Shown: positions 29,427 through 40,448, numbered from the stretch's first letter. The stretch: 64,000 nucleotides of DNA from Minisyncoccota bacterium (GCA_041657445.1 JBBABV010000001.1:36783-100782); one strand, 5' to 3'. Notes: generated by a model from the letters alone, not told the origin. Numbers and translations: made by a program.

Positions 29427-30804
29427 AATTTACTTCGCTTTTTCTTTCAAGAATATCAATAGGATAATCTCCTGTAAAAAAGGATGTGCAAAGATTTTTT
29501 TCTGGGAGTCCAATAGATTTTATGAGACCCTCTAATGAGAGAAAATATAATGAGGTTGCGGAAAGAAAATCTTTTATCTCTGCAACTGATTTATATGTAG
29601 CAATTAATTCATCTTGTTTTGGAGTATCAATACCATAAAAATCAGGAAAACGAACAGGAGGAGAAGAAATTAGTAAGTGAACTTCCTTTGCTCCAGCATC
29701 AAAAAGAGTTTTCACTAATCGCTTGGAAGTATGCCCTCTTACTATTGAATCATCAATTACTGCAACCCTTTTTCCTTTTAAAACTTCTGGCAATGGGACA
29801 AGTTTGAGAGCAACACTATTTCTACGAGACTGTTGATCTGGCTCAATAAATGTTCTATGAACATATCTATTTTTTACTAGTGCCATTTCTATTGGTATTT
29901 TAGTAACTTCTGAATATCCAATAGATATAGGTATAGCGGTATCAGGCACAGGAACAATAATATCTACATCTGGTTTGTATTCATTTCCAAGAGTCTTACC
30001 AAAATTTTTTCTTACATCATAAATTAATTTTCCACCAAGCACACTATCCGGACGAGAAAAATATACATATTCAAAAATATCATGTTTTGGTGTAGGAGAA
30101 GCAAGTTGAATTGATTTTAGGCCCGTGCTATTAATTATTATCATTTCTCCTTCCTTTACCTCTCTCACCACCGTAGCACCGATTGTTTTTATTGCACATG
30201 TCTCTGAAGCAATCACATATCCATCTTTTAATTCTCCAAGGGCAAGAGGTCGCATACCAAATCTATCCCTTACTGCCACAAGAGTATCCCTTGTCATCAT
30301 TGTAAGAGAAAAAGCTCCTGTAAGTAATGGAAATACTTCCTCTACTGCTTCAGGGAGAGATTTTCCTTTATTGAGTAAATACTCTATTGCATCAGAAATA
30401 AGTTCGGAATCAGATCTGTTTTCCTTTAATACTCCCTTCTCTGCAAGAAATTTTTCAAGTGCTTTGACACTAGGAAGATTACCATTGTGCGCCAAAGAAA
30501 AGGTTTTTTCTTTATCAATTGTAGGTTGAGCATGTAGCATTGCCCCACCCTGTGAGGTAGAATACCTATTATGTCCTATAGAAATAGACCCTTTTAGGGA
30601 ATTAATAGCTTCTTCGGTATAAACACTAGATACCAAACCTGCTCCTTTGTGTGTAAAAAGTTCCTTTCCATTACTTGTGGTTATACCTGTTGCTTCTTGT
30701 CCTCTATGTTGTAGGGCAAATAGGGCAAAAAAAGTAAATCTAGCTACTTCCGCATTCTTACTATAGATTCCTACTATTCCACATTTTTCTTTAATTTCAT
30801 TCAT
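29407..30804 (-). CDS. purF: Amidophosphoribosyltransferase
   Basis: Propeptide then CGI, LQHRGQE, GHNRYST, HNGN, DDSIVRG. Confidence 0.97.
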   Translation of the reverse strand: MNEIKEKCGIVGIYSKNAEVARFTFFALFALQHRGQEATGITTSNGKELFTHKGAGLVSSVYTEEAINSLKGSISIGHNRYSTSQGGAMLHAQPTIDKEKTFSLAHNGNLPSVKALEKFLAEKGVLKENRSDSELISDAIEYLLNKGKSLPEAVEEVFPLLTGAFSLTMMTRDTLVAVRDRFGMRPLALGELKDGYVIASETCAIKTIGATVVREVKEGEMIIINSTGLKSIQLASPTPKHDIFEYVYFSRPDSVLGGKLIYDVRKNFGKTLGNEYKPDVDIIVPVPDTAIPISIGYSEVTKIPIEMALVKNRYVHRTFIEPDQQSRRNSVALKLVPLPEVLKGKRVAVIDDSIVRGHTSKRLVKTLFDAGAKEVHLLISSPPVRFPDFYGIDTPKQDELIATYKSVAEIKDFLSATSLYFLSLEGLIKSIGLPEKNLCTSFFTGDYPIDILERKSEVNYEISKE

Positions 30805-31604
30805 TATTTAAAATAATTAATACCATTCATAATAATTTGTAAACCTTCTCCATTGATATCTTTTTTCTTTTTTCTCTTTGTTTTATTTTCCTTTGATTCT
30901 CTTTTTTTATATTGCCAAAGTGGAGATTGATGCAAAAAAATTGCCCTTTCAGGGTGTGGCATCATTCCTAATACTCGTCCATTATACCCAAGAACTCCAG
31001 CAATGTCATATAAGGCACCATTGGGATTTGGCTCAAGGTTTTGAAACTGACATATTTCCCCTTTTTTATAAACAAAAGCAACCTCTTTGCTTCTTCTCAT
31101 CTTTTCATATTCTTTTTTTGAAATCACATATTTTCCTTCTCCATGAGCAATTGGCAATGAAATTTTTTTGATTCCTTGAAGCCAAGGACTTTTTCCATTT
31201 ATCTCTAGATCTACCCATCTATCAATATATTTTCCTTTCTTATTATACGATAGAGCACCCTTTAATATACCAAGGTTTGTTAATACTTGGAAACCATTAC
31301 ATATTCCTATAATCAGAGTATTTCTTTGAAGAAATTCTTCCAACTCTTTCTTAAGATGATTTCTAAATTTATTGGCATATGCTTTTCCACTTCCAATATC
31401 ATCTCCATAAGAAAAACCTCCTGGAAAAACTAAAATATCATAATCAAAAAGAATTTTTGGTATAGCAATCAAATCATTTAAGTGAATAATATCAGTTTTT
31501 CCTCCAACGCTATCAAAAGCAAATTTTGTTTCTTCTTCACAATTAAGTCCGTAACCTGATAAAACTAAAACTTTTGGTTGTTTTTTTTCTTTTATTTTTT
31601 TCAT
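30804..31604 (-). CDS. purQ: FGAM synthase glutaminase subunit
   Basis: PGGFSYGD, GICNGFQ, AHGEG, NPNG, MMPHPER. Confidence 0.96.
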   Translation of the reverse strand: MKKIKEKKQPKVLVLSGYGLNCEEETKFAFDSVGGKTDIIHLNDLIAIPKILFDYDILVFPGGFSYGDDIGSGKAYANKFRNHLKKELEEFLQRNTLIIGICNGFQVLTNLGILKGALSYNKKGKYIDRWVDLEINGKSPWLQGIKKISLPIAHGEGKYVISKKEYEKMRRSKEVAFVYKKGEICQFQNLEPNPNGALYDIAGVLGYNGRVLGMMPHPERAIFLHQSPLWQYKKRESKENKTKRKKKKDINGEGLQIIMNGINYFK

Positions 31605-34591
31605 TTTTGTGAATTAGAAAAATTATGATATGTTTTATAAAGTTTTTCTACCTTCGTGTCAATTACTTTTCTTCCCATCTTGTCCAAGATAATTATATTG
31701 CTGTTCTTTTCAACCATACCAAGTTTGGTAAAAGCAATTTTGTAACTCTTTAGTATTTTTTCAAATTTTCTAGTATTATTCTCTGGCACCGAGGTTAAAA
31801 TTCTTCCCTGACTTTCAGAAAATAAAATTGAATCAATGTCTTCTGCTTCTCCTTTGATATCCTCTAGTGAAATACGAAATCCGAGCATTCCCCCTATAGA
31901 TGATTTTGCTAAAGCAATAGCTATACCTCCACTTGCAATTGAAATCGCAGAAGAAATAATTTCTTCCTGGATAGATTCTTCAAGAGCAGAATATATTTTC
32001 TTGTTTTTCTTCCAATCAACCTTCGGCACATTGTTTCCAATTTCATCTTCCTTTTTGTTTCTTTTTGAAAGCATTCTAAAGTATTCACTTGCTCCAAGCT
32101 CATTATTAGTTTCCCCAAGAAGGTAGATAATATCTCCTGCTTTCTTGAATTCAGGGGATACAACCTTATTATAATCCTTTATTACCCCTATAGCCGAAAT
32201 CAAAAGCGTGGGAGGTATAGATATTTTTATTTGATTACCTTTCTGGTCGTAACCACGAAAATCATTAAACATGCTATCCTTTCCTGAGATAAACGGAGTG
32301 CCATATCCGATAGCATAGTCATAGCATGCCTTTACAGATTCTTTTAACTGCCAAAGTTTTGTTTCTTCATTTGAAGAACACCAGCAAAAATTATCAAGTA
32401 TCGCTAAATGCTCTAGTGAACCACCTGCACAAATTACATTTCTTACCGCAGTATCAATAGCACAGGCAGACATATGATATGTGCTTATGTCTCCGTAAAA
32501 TGGATACAATGAAGAAGAAAGAACTACACATTTTTTTGAATTAAGCAGTGGTCTAAAAACCTGTGAATCAGTATTTACTATTCCTCTTCCTGAAAGTGGC
32601 TTAAGCACTGAACCACCTTGGACTTCATGGTCATATTGTTCAGATATAAAAGCAAAACTTCCGATATTTAACTGAGATAGCAAGTCTAGAAATTCTCTTG
32701 TTCTTTGAATTCCAGAAGGTAATTCTGGGCTTTTGTATGAAAAAACTACTTCTTTTGTTTTTAATTCTTTTTTAGGTAATCCATCATGAAGAAAGTTCAT
32801 AGAAATATCCATAATCTTTTTTTGATTATGATGCACAATACATCTTCCTGAATCTGTAAACTCTCCGATAACTGTTACCTCTACCCCTCTACTCTCAAAT
32901 AGTTTTTTAAAAACTTCCCATTTTCTTTTTGGAACAGAAAGAGTCATTCTCTCTTGTGATTCTGATATCCAAATTTCCCATGGGGTAAGTCCAGGATATT
33001 TGAGTGGGATTTTATTCAAATCAACTATTACTCCTCCACATTCCTTTGCCATTTCTGCTACAGAACAAGAAAGTCCACCTGCCCCATTATCAGTAATACT
33101 GTTATAGAGTTCCATATTTCTAGCCTCTTTTACAATCACATCACTAAGTTTTTTTTGAGTAATTGGATCTCCTATTTGAACTGCTGTCGCCGGAGAAGAA
33201 GAATCCATTGTAACTGAAGAAAAAGTAGCACCATGTATTCCATCTGCTCCTACTCTTCCCCCTACCATTACAACATAATCTCCAACTTTTGCTTTCTTTT
33301 CATCTGATGGTTTTTTATTTATTTTTTTTGGTATTAATCCAACAGTTCCTGCAAATAAAAGTGGCTTTCCTCTATATCTATCCTCGTATTTAATAAAACC
33401 TGAAAGAGTAGGAATACCAGAACAGTTTCCTCCTACATTTATCCCTTTTATCACTCCATTAATAATTCGCTTTGTAGAAAGCATTTTTTGTTTCTTATCT
33501 CTACTTCTATAGAGTGTTCTTTTGTCTTTAGGATCTCCAACACAAAAACCGTAAACATTTGCAATGGGTTTTGCTCCAAGTCCAAAGCCTATAGTGTCTC
33601 TGTTTACTCCTACAATTCCAGTAATAGAACCTCCAAATGGGTCAAGAGCAGAGGGACTGTTGTGGGTTTCTACTTTGTGAGTAATGAGATATTCATCATC
33701 AAATTCAATTGCACCTGAATTGTCTGAAAAAACAGAAACACAAAAATCATTTAAGCCCTTTTGTTTCCTAATATAATTAGTAGCACCTTTTATATATGTT
33801 TTATAAAGTCCATCTTTTATCTCATCAAGAGAATCAGCAAAAATCGTATGCTTACAATGTTCTGACCAAGTTTGAGCAAGGGATTCAATCTCTATATCAG
33901 TCGGATTTCTTCCTTCATTAAGAAAGTATTTTTGTATAGCCTTCATATATGGTAATGTAAGAGCAAGAGGTCCTCTCCTTACTCCTGTGGGATCCATAAT
34001 TCCCTCCTTCCCAATTTTTACAAGTTCCTCATCGGAGACATTCAAATCAATTTTTATAACTGGTTCTCTTTTTTCTAGGATAACCTGTGGTAATTTAAGT
34101 GGTAATGCTTTGTTTTTATAAACAACTATCCCTTTGTAAACAAAAGATCGTTCTATAAGAGGATTATAAAGAGAGAGAGAGATTTTTTGAATATCACTTG
34201 CTTTTAATTTACCCTTAATTAAAAAAACTCGTGAACTATATACTGCAATATTTATTTTGTTTTTATTTATACTAAAATAGTCAATAATAGTTTCCTTTGC
34301 AGTATTTCCAACATTATCTGTAACTCCAGGAAGAAAACCTACTTCAATAACATAATTTGTTGACTTTGGAACATGAATTTTGTTTATAGAAAATTCTTCT
34401 AAGACTTGATTGGTAAATAATTTACCGATGTTTGAAATTTGCTCAATAGAAAAGTGTCCATCAATAGTATATGAATCTATGATGGAAACTGAATCTACTT
34501 TTCCTTTTAATTCAAGGTCGCGTAAAGATTTCAGGTATATTTTTTTTCTACTATCGTCTGTTTTTTGAGTAATATATATACGAGAAATCAT
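31601..34591 (-). CDS. purL: FGAM synthase synthetase subunit with N-terminal PurS-like extension
   Basis: WSEHCKH, KVETHNSP, DGIHGA, DNGAGG, SESQERM, SGKDS. Confidence 0.95.
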   Translation of the reverse strand: MISRIYITQKTDDSRKKIYLKSLRDLELKGKVDSVSIIDSYTIDGHFSIEQISNIGKLFTNQVLEEFSINKIHVPKSTNYVIEVGFLPGVTDNVGNTAKETIIDYFSINKNKINIAVYSSRVFLIKGKLKASDIQKISLSLYNPLIERSFVYKGIVVYKNKALPLKLPQVILEKREPVIKIDLNVSDEELVKIGKEGIMDPTGVRRGPLALTLPYMKAIQKYFLNEGRNPTDIEIESLAQTWSEHCKHTIFADSLDEIKDGLYKTYIKGATNYIRKQKGLNDFCVSVFSDNSGAIEFDDEYLITHKVETHNSPSALDPFGGSITGIVGVNRDTIGFGLGAKPIANVYGFCVGDPKDKRTLYRSRDKKQKMLSTKRIINGVIKGINVGGNCSGIPTLSGFIKYEDRYRGKPLLFAGTVGLIPKKINKKPSDEKKAKVGDYVVMVGGRVGADGIHGATFSSVTMDSSSPATAVQIGDPITQKKLSDVIVKEARNMELYNSITDNGAGGLSCSVAEMAKECGGVIVDLNKIPLKYPGLTPWEIWISESQERMTLSVPKRKWEVFKKLFESRGVEVTVIGEFTDSGRCIVHHNQKKIMDISMNFLHDGLPKKELKTKEVVFSYKSPELPSGIQRTREFLDLLSQLNIGSFAFISEQYDHEVQGGSVLKPLSGRGIVNTDSQVFRPLLNSKKCVVLSSSLYPFYGDISTYHMSACAIDTAVRNVICAGGSLEHLAILDNFCWCSSNEETKLWQLKESVKACYDYAIGYGTPFISGKDSMFNDFRGYDQKGNQIKISIPPTLLISAIGVIKDYNKVVSPEFKKAGDIIYLLGETNNELGASEYFRMLSKRNKKEDEIGNNVPKVDWKKNKKIYSALEESIQEEIISSAISIASGGIAIALAKSSIGGMLGFRISLEDIKGEAEDIDSILFSESQGRILTSVPENNTRKFEKILKSYKIAFTKLGMVEKNSNIIILDKMGRKVIDTKVEKLYKTYHNFSNSQK

Positions 34592-34626
34592 AGTGATATA
34601 TTACATCATTTGATTTTTTTTCTCAA

Positions 34627-36003
34627 TCACCAAAATCTTTTTACAAGATGATGCTCTAAAGGACCTGTGCCTATGTGGATAATAGGTACACCTAGAGTCT
34701 TTTCTAGCCATTTTACATATTCAAGTGCTTCTTTTGGCAATACTTCCTTTTCATAATCAGACAATCTTCCTTTCCATATTGGAAAACTTTTATATACTAG
34801 TTCAATCTTTTCTCTAGAAAGATCAAAAGGAATTTCTTCTGTTTCTTTTCCATTTATTCTATATGCAATACATACCTTTATCTCATTAAATCCAGACAGC
34901 ACATCAAGTTTGGTAAGAGATAATTTATCAACACCATTTATTTTAATTGCATATTTAAGAAGTGGAATATCAAGCCACCCTGTTCTTCTCAATCTTCCAG
35001 TAGTAGCCCCAAATTCACTTCCCATTTTTCGTAATGCAATACCCTGCTCAAATTGATCAATACTATTTGGATTAGGATTAGGATATTTTTCATTTTCTTC
35101 ATCTCTTTTTACATCTCTACACCACACACTTGATTTTTTACCACCAAGTTCTGTCGGAAAAGGTCCTTCACCGACTTTCGTCACATATGCTTTAAAAATA
35201 CCAAGTGCACCTCCGATAAGTTCTGGCTTTATTCCAAGTGCTGATGGAATACCACCTGCTATGGTATGAGAAGATGTAACAAATGGATAATTACCAAATC
35301 TCACATCAAGTAATGTACCTTGTGCTCCTTCTACTACTACCTCTCTACCTTCAGAAAGAGCCCTCTCAATTAATTCACTGGAATTTCTAACAGTAGTTTT
35401 CTTTAAGAACTCAATTCCCTCAAAAAAATTATCTTCTTTTTCTTTAAATTCTTGAGTATTTAAATCATAATCAAAATTTTTATTAAGTGTTTTTCTATGC
35501 TCCTCTTTTAATACTTCATATTTACTTTTAAAATCTGAATAAAAGATATCACCTACTCTTAATGCCTTTCTCCAAACAAAATCAGTATATGAAGGACCAA
35601 TACCTCTTCCTGTAGAACCAATTTTTTTAGTGCCAAGATTTTTCTCTGATACAGTATCAATGAGACAATGAGTTGGTAATACAAGCACTGAGTGTGGAGA
35701 CACAGAAAGTTTCTTGGTAAAATCCTGAAAATTTGGAATCATCTCTGATTCTTTTTTTAATGAATACGGATCTATAACCATCCCTCCTCCCATATGAAGT
35801 TGCGCTTTGCTAAATGCTCCAGATGGGATTAAGTGAAAAACAAAACATTTTCTATTTTTATATATAGTATGTCCTGCATTGTTTCCTCCTTGAAATCTGA
35901 CAATAACATCATTCTCCTTTAAAGTATTAGCGAGTAAAGCAACATCCTTTCCCTTACCTTCATCTCCCCATTGCAAGCCAATAATAGGTGTAATTTTTTT
36001 CAT
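34627..36003 (-). CDS. purA: Adenylosuccinate synthetase
   Basis: GLQWGDEGKG, GGNNAGH, EGAQG, GATTGR.RR.GW; start set at MKKITP. Confidence 0.97.
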   Translation of the reverse strand: MKKITPIIGLQWGDEGKGKDVALLANTLKENDVIVRFQGGNNAGHTIYKNRKCFVFHLIPSGAFSKAQLHMGGGMVIDPYSLKKESEMIPNFQDFTKKLSVSPHSVLVLPTHCLIDTVSEKNLGTKKIGSTGRGIGPSYTDFVWRKALRVGDIFYSDFKSKYEVLKEEHRKTLNKNFDYDLNTQEFKEKEDNFFEGIEFLKKTTVRNSSELIERALSEGREVVVEGAQGTLLDVRFGNYPFVTSSHTIAGGIPSALGIKPELIGGALGIFKAYVTKVGEGPFPTELGGKKSSVWCRDVKRDEENEKYPNPNPNSIDQFEQGIALRKMGSEFGATTGRLRRTGWLDIPLLKYAIKINGVDKLSLTKLDVLSGFNEIKVCIAYRINGKETEEIPFDLSREKIELVYKSFPIWKGRLSDYEKEVLPKEALEYVKWLEKTLGVPIIHIGTGPLEHHLVKRFW

Positions 36004-36004
36004 A

Positions 36005-37480
36005 TTATTCCTTTTTGTAATTAGGTGTAGGAGAAACCAAAAAAATATCATGTATGTGGCTTTCTTTTAGACCTGCTCCTGATATTTTATAGAATGATGC
36101 CTTCTTCATTTCTGAAATACTTTTTACCCCCAAGTATCCCATTCCTGCCCTTAATCCTCCAATGTATTGATAAACAACATGAGAAATAGGACCTTTGTAA
36201 GGAACATGAGCAGAAACACCTTCAGGGACTAGTTTGTTACTATCATACTGGTCCTGTTGAAAATACCTATCCCTTGAACCATTTTTCATTGCTTCAATTG
36301 AGCCCATTCCTCTGTATTTTTTGAATTTCTGCTCGTTAGATATTATAGTATCTCCAGGAGATTCATCAGTGCCTGCAAATGCACTTCCTGCCATTACAAC
36401 ACTAGCACCAAAAACAAGTGCTTTTACCAAATCTCCACTTTGTTTTATTCCTCCATCTGCTATTACAGGTATTCCAAGTGGGGCACAGACTCTATATACA
36501 TCAAGAATAGCAGAGAGTTGAGGAACTCCTACTCCTGATACTATCCTAGTAGTGCAAATTGAACCTGGACCAATTCCCACCTTTACTGCATTTACTCCTG
36601 CTTTTATTAGAGCTTTTCCTGCTTCGCCAGTTGCAACATTTCCTCCAATTATATCAAGTTTTGGATATTTCATTCTTATCTTTTTTACTGTTTCAATAAC
36701 CATTTTGGAATGACCATGAGCAGTATCAACACAAATCACATCTACCCCTGCATCAACAAGTGCTTTAACTCTCTCAAGAGTATCAAAAGAAGTTCCTACT
36801 CCAGCACCAACTCTTAATCTTCCAAGATTATCCTTTGTCGCATCTGGATATGCCTTACTTTTTGCCATGTCACGATAGGTTATAAGGCCAACCAACTTAC
36901 CTTTTTTATCAATTAAAGGCAATTTTTCTATTCCATGTTTCTTAAAAATTTCATTTGCCTCTTTGATACTCGTGCTTGGAGAACCTGTAATTAATTTAGT
37001 TGTCATTACTTCTGTAATAGGGGTATTTTCGTCTTGTTCAAATCTTAAATCTCTATGTGTTATTATTCCTTTCAAAATACCATTTTCATCAATAATAGGC
37101 ACACCACCGATATTGTGCTTTCTTTGAATTAAAAGAGCATCACCTACTGTTCCTTTTATATTAAGAGTAATGGGATCCTTTATCTTTCCTGATTCATATC
37201 TTTTTACCCTTAAGACTTCTTGTGCTTGTTCGGTAATAGACATATTCTTATGAATTATCCCTATTCCCCCAAGTTGTGCCATTGATATCGCCATAGCAGA
37301 CTCAGTGACAGTATCCATTGCAGCAGACATAAGAGGAATTGAAAGAGAGATATTTTTTGTAAGATATGTTTTAATATCAGTTTCTTTTGGAAGAACTTCA
37401 CTATATGAAGGCACTAGTAATATATCATCAAAAGTGTATCCCTCACCTAAATTTTTGGGAGAAAAGTATTTTTTATTCAT
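36005..37480 (-). CDS. guaB: IMP dehydrogenase with CBS pair
   Basis: [36 protein letters not shown]; start set at MNKKYF. Confidence 0.97.
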   Translation of the reverse strand: MNKKYFSPKNLGEGYTFDDILLVPSYSEVLPKETDIKTYLTKNISLSIPLMSAAMDTVTESAMAISMAQLGGIGIIHKNMSITEQAQEVLRVKRYESGKIKDPITLNIKGTVGDALLIQRKHNIGGVPIIDENGILKGIITHRDLRFEQDENTPITEVMTTKLITGSPSTSIKEANEIFKKHGIEKLPLIDKKGKLVGLITYRDMAKSKAYPDATKDNLGRLRVGAGVGTSFDTLERVKALVDAGVDVICVDTAHGHSKMVIETVKKIRMKYPKLDIIGGNVATGEAGKALIKAGVNAVKVGIGPGSICTTRIVSGVGVPQLSAILDVYRVCAPLGIPVIADGGIKQSGDLVKALVFGASVVMAGSAFAGTDESPGDTIISNEQKFKKYRGMGSIEAMKNGSRDRYFQQDQYDSNKLVPEGVSAHVPYKGPISHVVYQYIGGLRAGMGYLGVKSISEMKKASFYKISGAGLKESHIHDIFLVSPTPNYKKE

Positions 37481-37520
37481 CTTTATATAATACATTTTTA
37501 ATATAAAATTTCAAATTTGA

Positions 37521-38855
37521 TTATTGAATCATATTCTCAAGTCTTGTTCCTTTTTTATATTTTGTTAATTTGTATTTTTTTTCTTTCCATGCTTTTTGAA
37601 CTATATCAAGAATTCTCCAACTCTCAATTATTTCTTTTCCGCTTGGAAACAAATCTCTATCTGAATTAATAGCACTAAAAAGTACCTGCTCATATGCTTC
37701 AGGAAGTTTCTTATAATGCTCCTTGAATGCAAAATGAAGCAGGTGTGGAGAAACCTCCCATTCATATCCTGGTTTCTTTAGCCAAACACTAAACTCAATT
37801 CCAGGATTAGGTTGAATCCTAATTGCAAGTTCATTTGATTCAAAATTACAATACTTTTTATATTTAATTTTAATTTCTGTTAATTTTCTATTTAATGCTT
37901 TTCCTGTTGTTACATAAATAGGAACCCCTCTCCAATTCTTATCTGATGAATACAATTTCATTGAAACAAATGTTTCAATTTGACTATGTTTATTCTTTAC
38001 CTCTTTTGCATAACCATCATATTGTGCTCTTTTTACACAATCATTCTTATCTAAATCACAAGTTATTCCTAATTTCTGAAGTGTGTTTAATCTTAATTTT
38101 GGAATGTTATTTATTGCACAATTATCTGGCAAATTCATTAGAGTGAGAGCAGTCAACTGAAGTAAATGACTCTGAACATAGTCCCTTAATGCTCCTGTCT
38201 GTTCGTAAAAGTTTGCTCTTCCTTCTATATCTATATTTTCACTAGCAATAATATCTATTCTTTCAATAAATTTATTATTCCATGTTTTTCTAAAAATAGG
38301 ATTTCCATTACGAAAAGTAATAATGTTTTGAACAGACTCTTTGGCTAAATAATGATCAATACGGTAAACTTTATCTTCATCAAAATACCTTTTTGTTAAT
38401 TTCACCAATTCCTCTGCACTTTTTAGATCATTTCCAAAAGGTTTTTCTAATAAAAGTTTAACATCTTTTCTTTTTGCAATACCAGAGAAACCGAGCATCT
38501 GTATTATTGGGGCACAGGCTTTTGGTGGAATAGATAGGTAAAAAAGTTTTTGGGCTGGTTGTCCAAATTTCTCTTCTTCTTTTTTTATTAGATTGTCCAA
38601 TTTCTCATATTCATTTTTATCATTTACATCCATCTCAAAAAAAGAAGTCACTTTTTGAACTACCTTTTTATTACTAGTATTTTTGAAAACTTTTTCTGTG
38701 TTAAATGATAGGTTGCGAGTTATACCTATTATTTTAAAATACTTAGGTAGCATTTTTGCTTTTGCTATTTGTCCGATTGCAGGTAACAAATATCTTCCAG
38801 CCAAATCACCTGAAATACCAAATATAACTAATATCGTCGGTTCATCTTTTTTCAT
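37521..38855 (-). CDS. zwf: Glucose-6-phosphate 1-dehydrogenase
   Basis: FGISGDL, EKPFG, YRIDHYLAK, RDYVQSHL, WRGVP. Confidence 0.96.
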   Translation of the reverse strand: MKKDEPTILVIFGISGDLAGRYLLPAIGQIAKAKMLPKYFKIIGITRNLSFNTEKVFKNTSNKKVVQKVTSFFEMDVNDKNEYEKLDNLIKKEEEKFGQPAQKLFYLSIPPKACAPIIQMLGFSGIAKRKDVKLLLEKPFGNDLKSAEELVKLTKRYFDEDKVYRIDHYLAKESVQNIITFRNGNPIFRKTWNNKFIERIDIIASENIDIEGRANFYEQTGALRDYVQSHLLQLTALTLMNLPDNCAINNIPKLRLNTLQKLGITCDLDKNDCVKRAQYDGYAKEVKNKHSQIETFVSMKLYSSDKNWRGVPIYVTTGKALNRKLTEIKIKYKKYCNFESNELAIRIQPNPGIEFSVWLKKPGYEWEVSPHLLHFAFKEHYKKLPEAYEQVLFSAINSDRDLFPSGKEIIESWRILDIVQKAWKEKKYKLTKYKKGTRLENMIQ

Positions 38856-39754
38856 TTATTATTTATCTTATGTCCACCAAAAGCATTACGAGTCAGGGCT
38901 AGCAATTTTGTCGCAAAATTTACTCTTCCACTTTGTGATTTGATTCTAACATCAAAAGAAGATGAAATAGAAGGCATAGGGATGTTGTATTCCTTTGCTG
39001 TCTCCAATGCCCACTTTGCTTCTCCACTTTCAGCTACTATCCCTTCAATTCCTTTGAGCTCTGGATTTTCCTTCAAGCCTTCTGCCATTAATCCATTAAG
39101 CCATGAAGCAATTACACTTCCGCTTTGCCAGACATCCCCTGCCAAAGCAAGGTCAATTTTATATGGTCCTTCTTTCAAAAGATGAAATCCTTCAGCAAGT
39201 GATTGCATCATTCCGTATTCAATTGCATTATGAACCATTTTTACAAAATGTCCTGAACCTGATTCTCCAAAGTATTGATATCCGCCATTTGGTTTTGATA
39301 GAGCTTCAATGATAGGTTCTATTTTTTGAAAAACTTCTTTTTCTCCTCCTATCATCATTGAGAAACCATTTTTATATCCCCATATCCCCCCACTTGTTCC
39401 TATGTCAATAAATGAATACCCAAGTGAAGCCAATTTTTTACCGCGGTCTCTTGTAATACGAAAATCAGAATTTCCACCATCAATGATAATACTTCCTTTT
39501 GGCAAAACTTTTATCCATTCCTTAATCTCATTATCAAGTGCATCTTGTGGAATCATTATCCATAAAATCACCATATCACTACCAAAAAAAGTAATAACAC
39601 TACTTTTATCTTGTGAACCATTTATGCCAAAATCTTTCATTTCGTTTATGGCTTCAATAGAGCGATTATGAGTAAAAACATCATGATTGTTTTCATGAAG
39701 TTTTTTTGCTATTTGCTTTCCCATTTTACCTAATCCAGATATTACTATTTTCAT
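38852..39754 (-). CDS. gnd: 6-phosphogluconate dehydrogenase (decarboxylating, short type)
   Basis: GLGKMG, IDGGNS, GTSGG, GHFVKMVHNAIEY, RNAFGGH. Confidence 0.95.
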   Translation of the reverse strand: MKIVISGLGKMGKQIAKKLHENNHDVFTHNRSIEAINEMKDFGINGSQDKSSVITFFGSDMVILWIMIPQDALDNEIKEWIKVLPKGSIIIDGGNSDFRITRDRGKKLASLGYSFIDIGTSGGIWGYKNGFSMMIGGEKEVFQKIEPIIEALSKPNGGYQYFGESGSGHFVKMVHNAIEYGMMQSLAEGFHLLKEGPYKIDLALAGDVWQSGSVIASWLNGLMAEGLKENPELKGIEGIVAESGEAKWALETAKEYNIPMPSISSSFDVRIKSQSGRVNFATKLLALTRNAFGGHKINNK

Positions 39755-40419
39755 ATATTTTGTTTGTCAGTAAAGATAGTAAATTTTGGAACATTCTTAA
39801 GAAGCACAACAGGTGTAAAATCAAGATCAACTTTTTCTTTTTTTAGTATGTTTAATACTTCCCATTTTTCCTTACCATGCATAAAAAGAATCGCCTCGTC
39901 CAACATACTAATAGTTTTTTGGGTGATTGTTATCCTCCTGAATTTTTCTGTGTCGTATCCAACCGCAAAATCATTTGAATCAACTCCTATGGTATAAGGT
40001 AGTATCCCCGCAGTATGAGCATCTACACCAACACCAAATAATCCAATTTTATAATCTGATTCATTAATTTCACTTTTAAGAAATTTATTAAAATCATACA
40101 CTGTTTCTTTGATTCCTTTTCCGTTTAGTATTGGATATAATCTTGCTCTTGAAGGATTAAAACCTTCATTAATAAGTCCTTGCCAGTTTGATTCACTGTG
40201 ACCAATTTTTCCATATCTTTCATCTGTAAGAGTGATGACAAGATTATTATAATCATTTCCTTCAAAAATATGAGATGCAAAAATTCCAACCTTTATACTT
40301 GAACCTCCTGTAAGAAAAAGAAGAACTTTTTTGCCTTTCTTTAGTTTATTCATTACCGAAGAGGCAAGAAATTCTCCTGCTCCTTTATAGTCACTCCCCC
40401 ATTTAATATCATAAGCCAT
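39751..40419 (-). CDS. pgl: 6-phosphogluconolactonase (divergent)
   Basis: LTGGS, TDERY, SN, G.G.D.HTAGI, RITIT; coupled to gnd-zwf. Confidence 0.85.
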   Translation of the reverse strand: MAYDIKWGSDYKGAGEFLASSVMNKLKKGKKVLLFLTGGSSIKVGIFASHIFEGNDYNNLVITLTDERYGKIGHSESNWQGLINEGFNPSRARLYPILNGKGIKETVYDFNKFLKSEINESDYKIGLFGVGVDAHTAGILPYTIGVDSNDFAVGYDTEKFRRITITQKTISMLDEAILFMHGKEKWEVLNILKKEKVDLDFTPVVLLKNVPKFTIFTDKQNI

Positions 40420-40448
40420 TATGACTATAATATCATATATAATACTTT

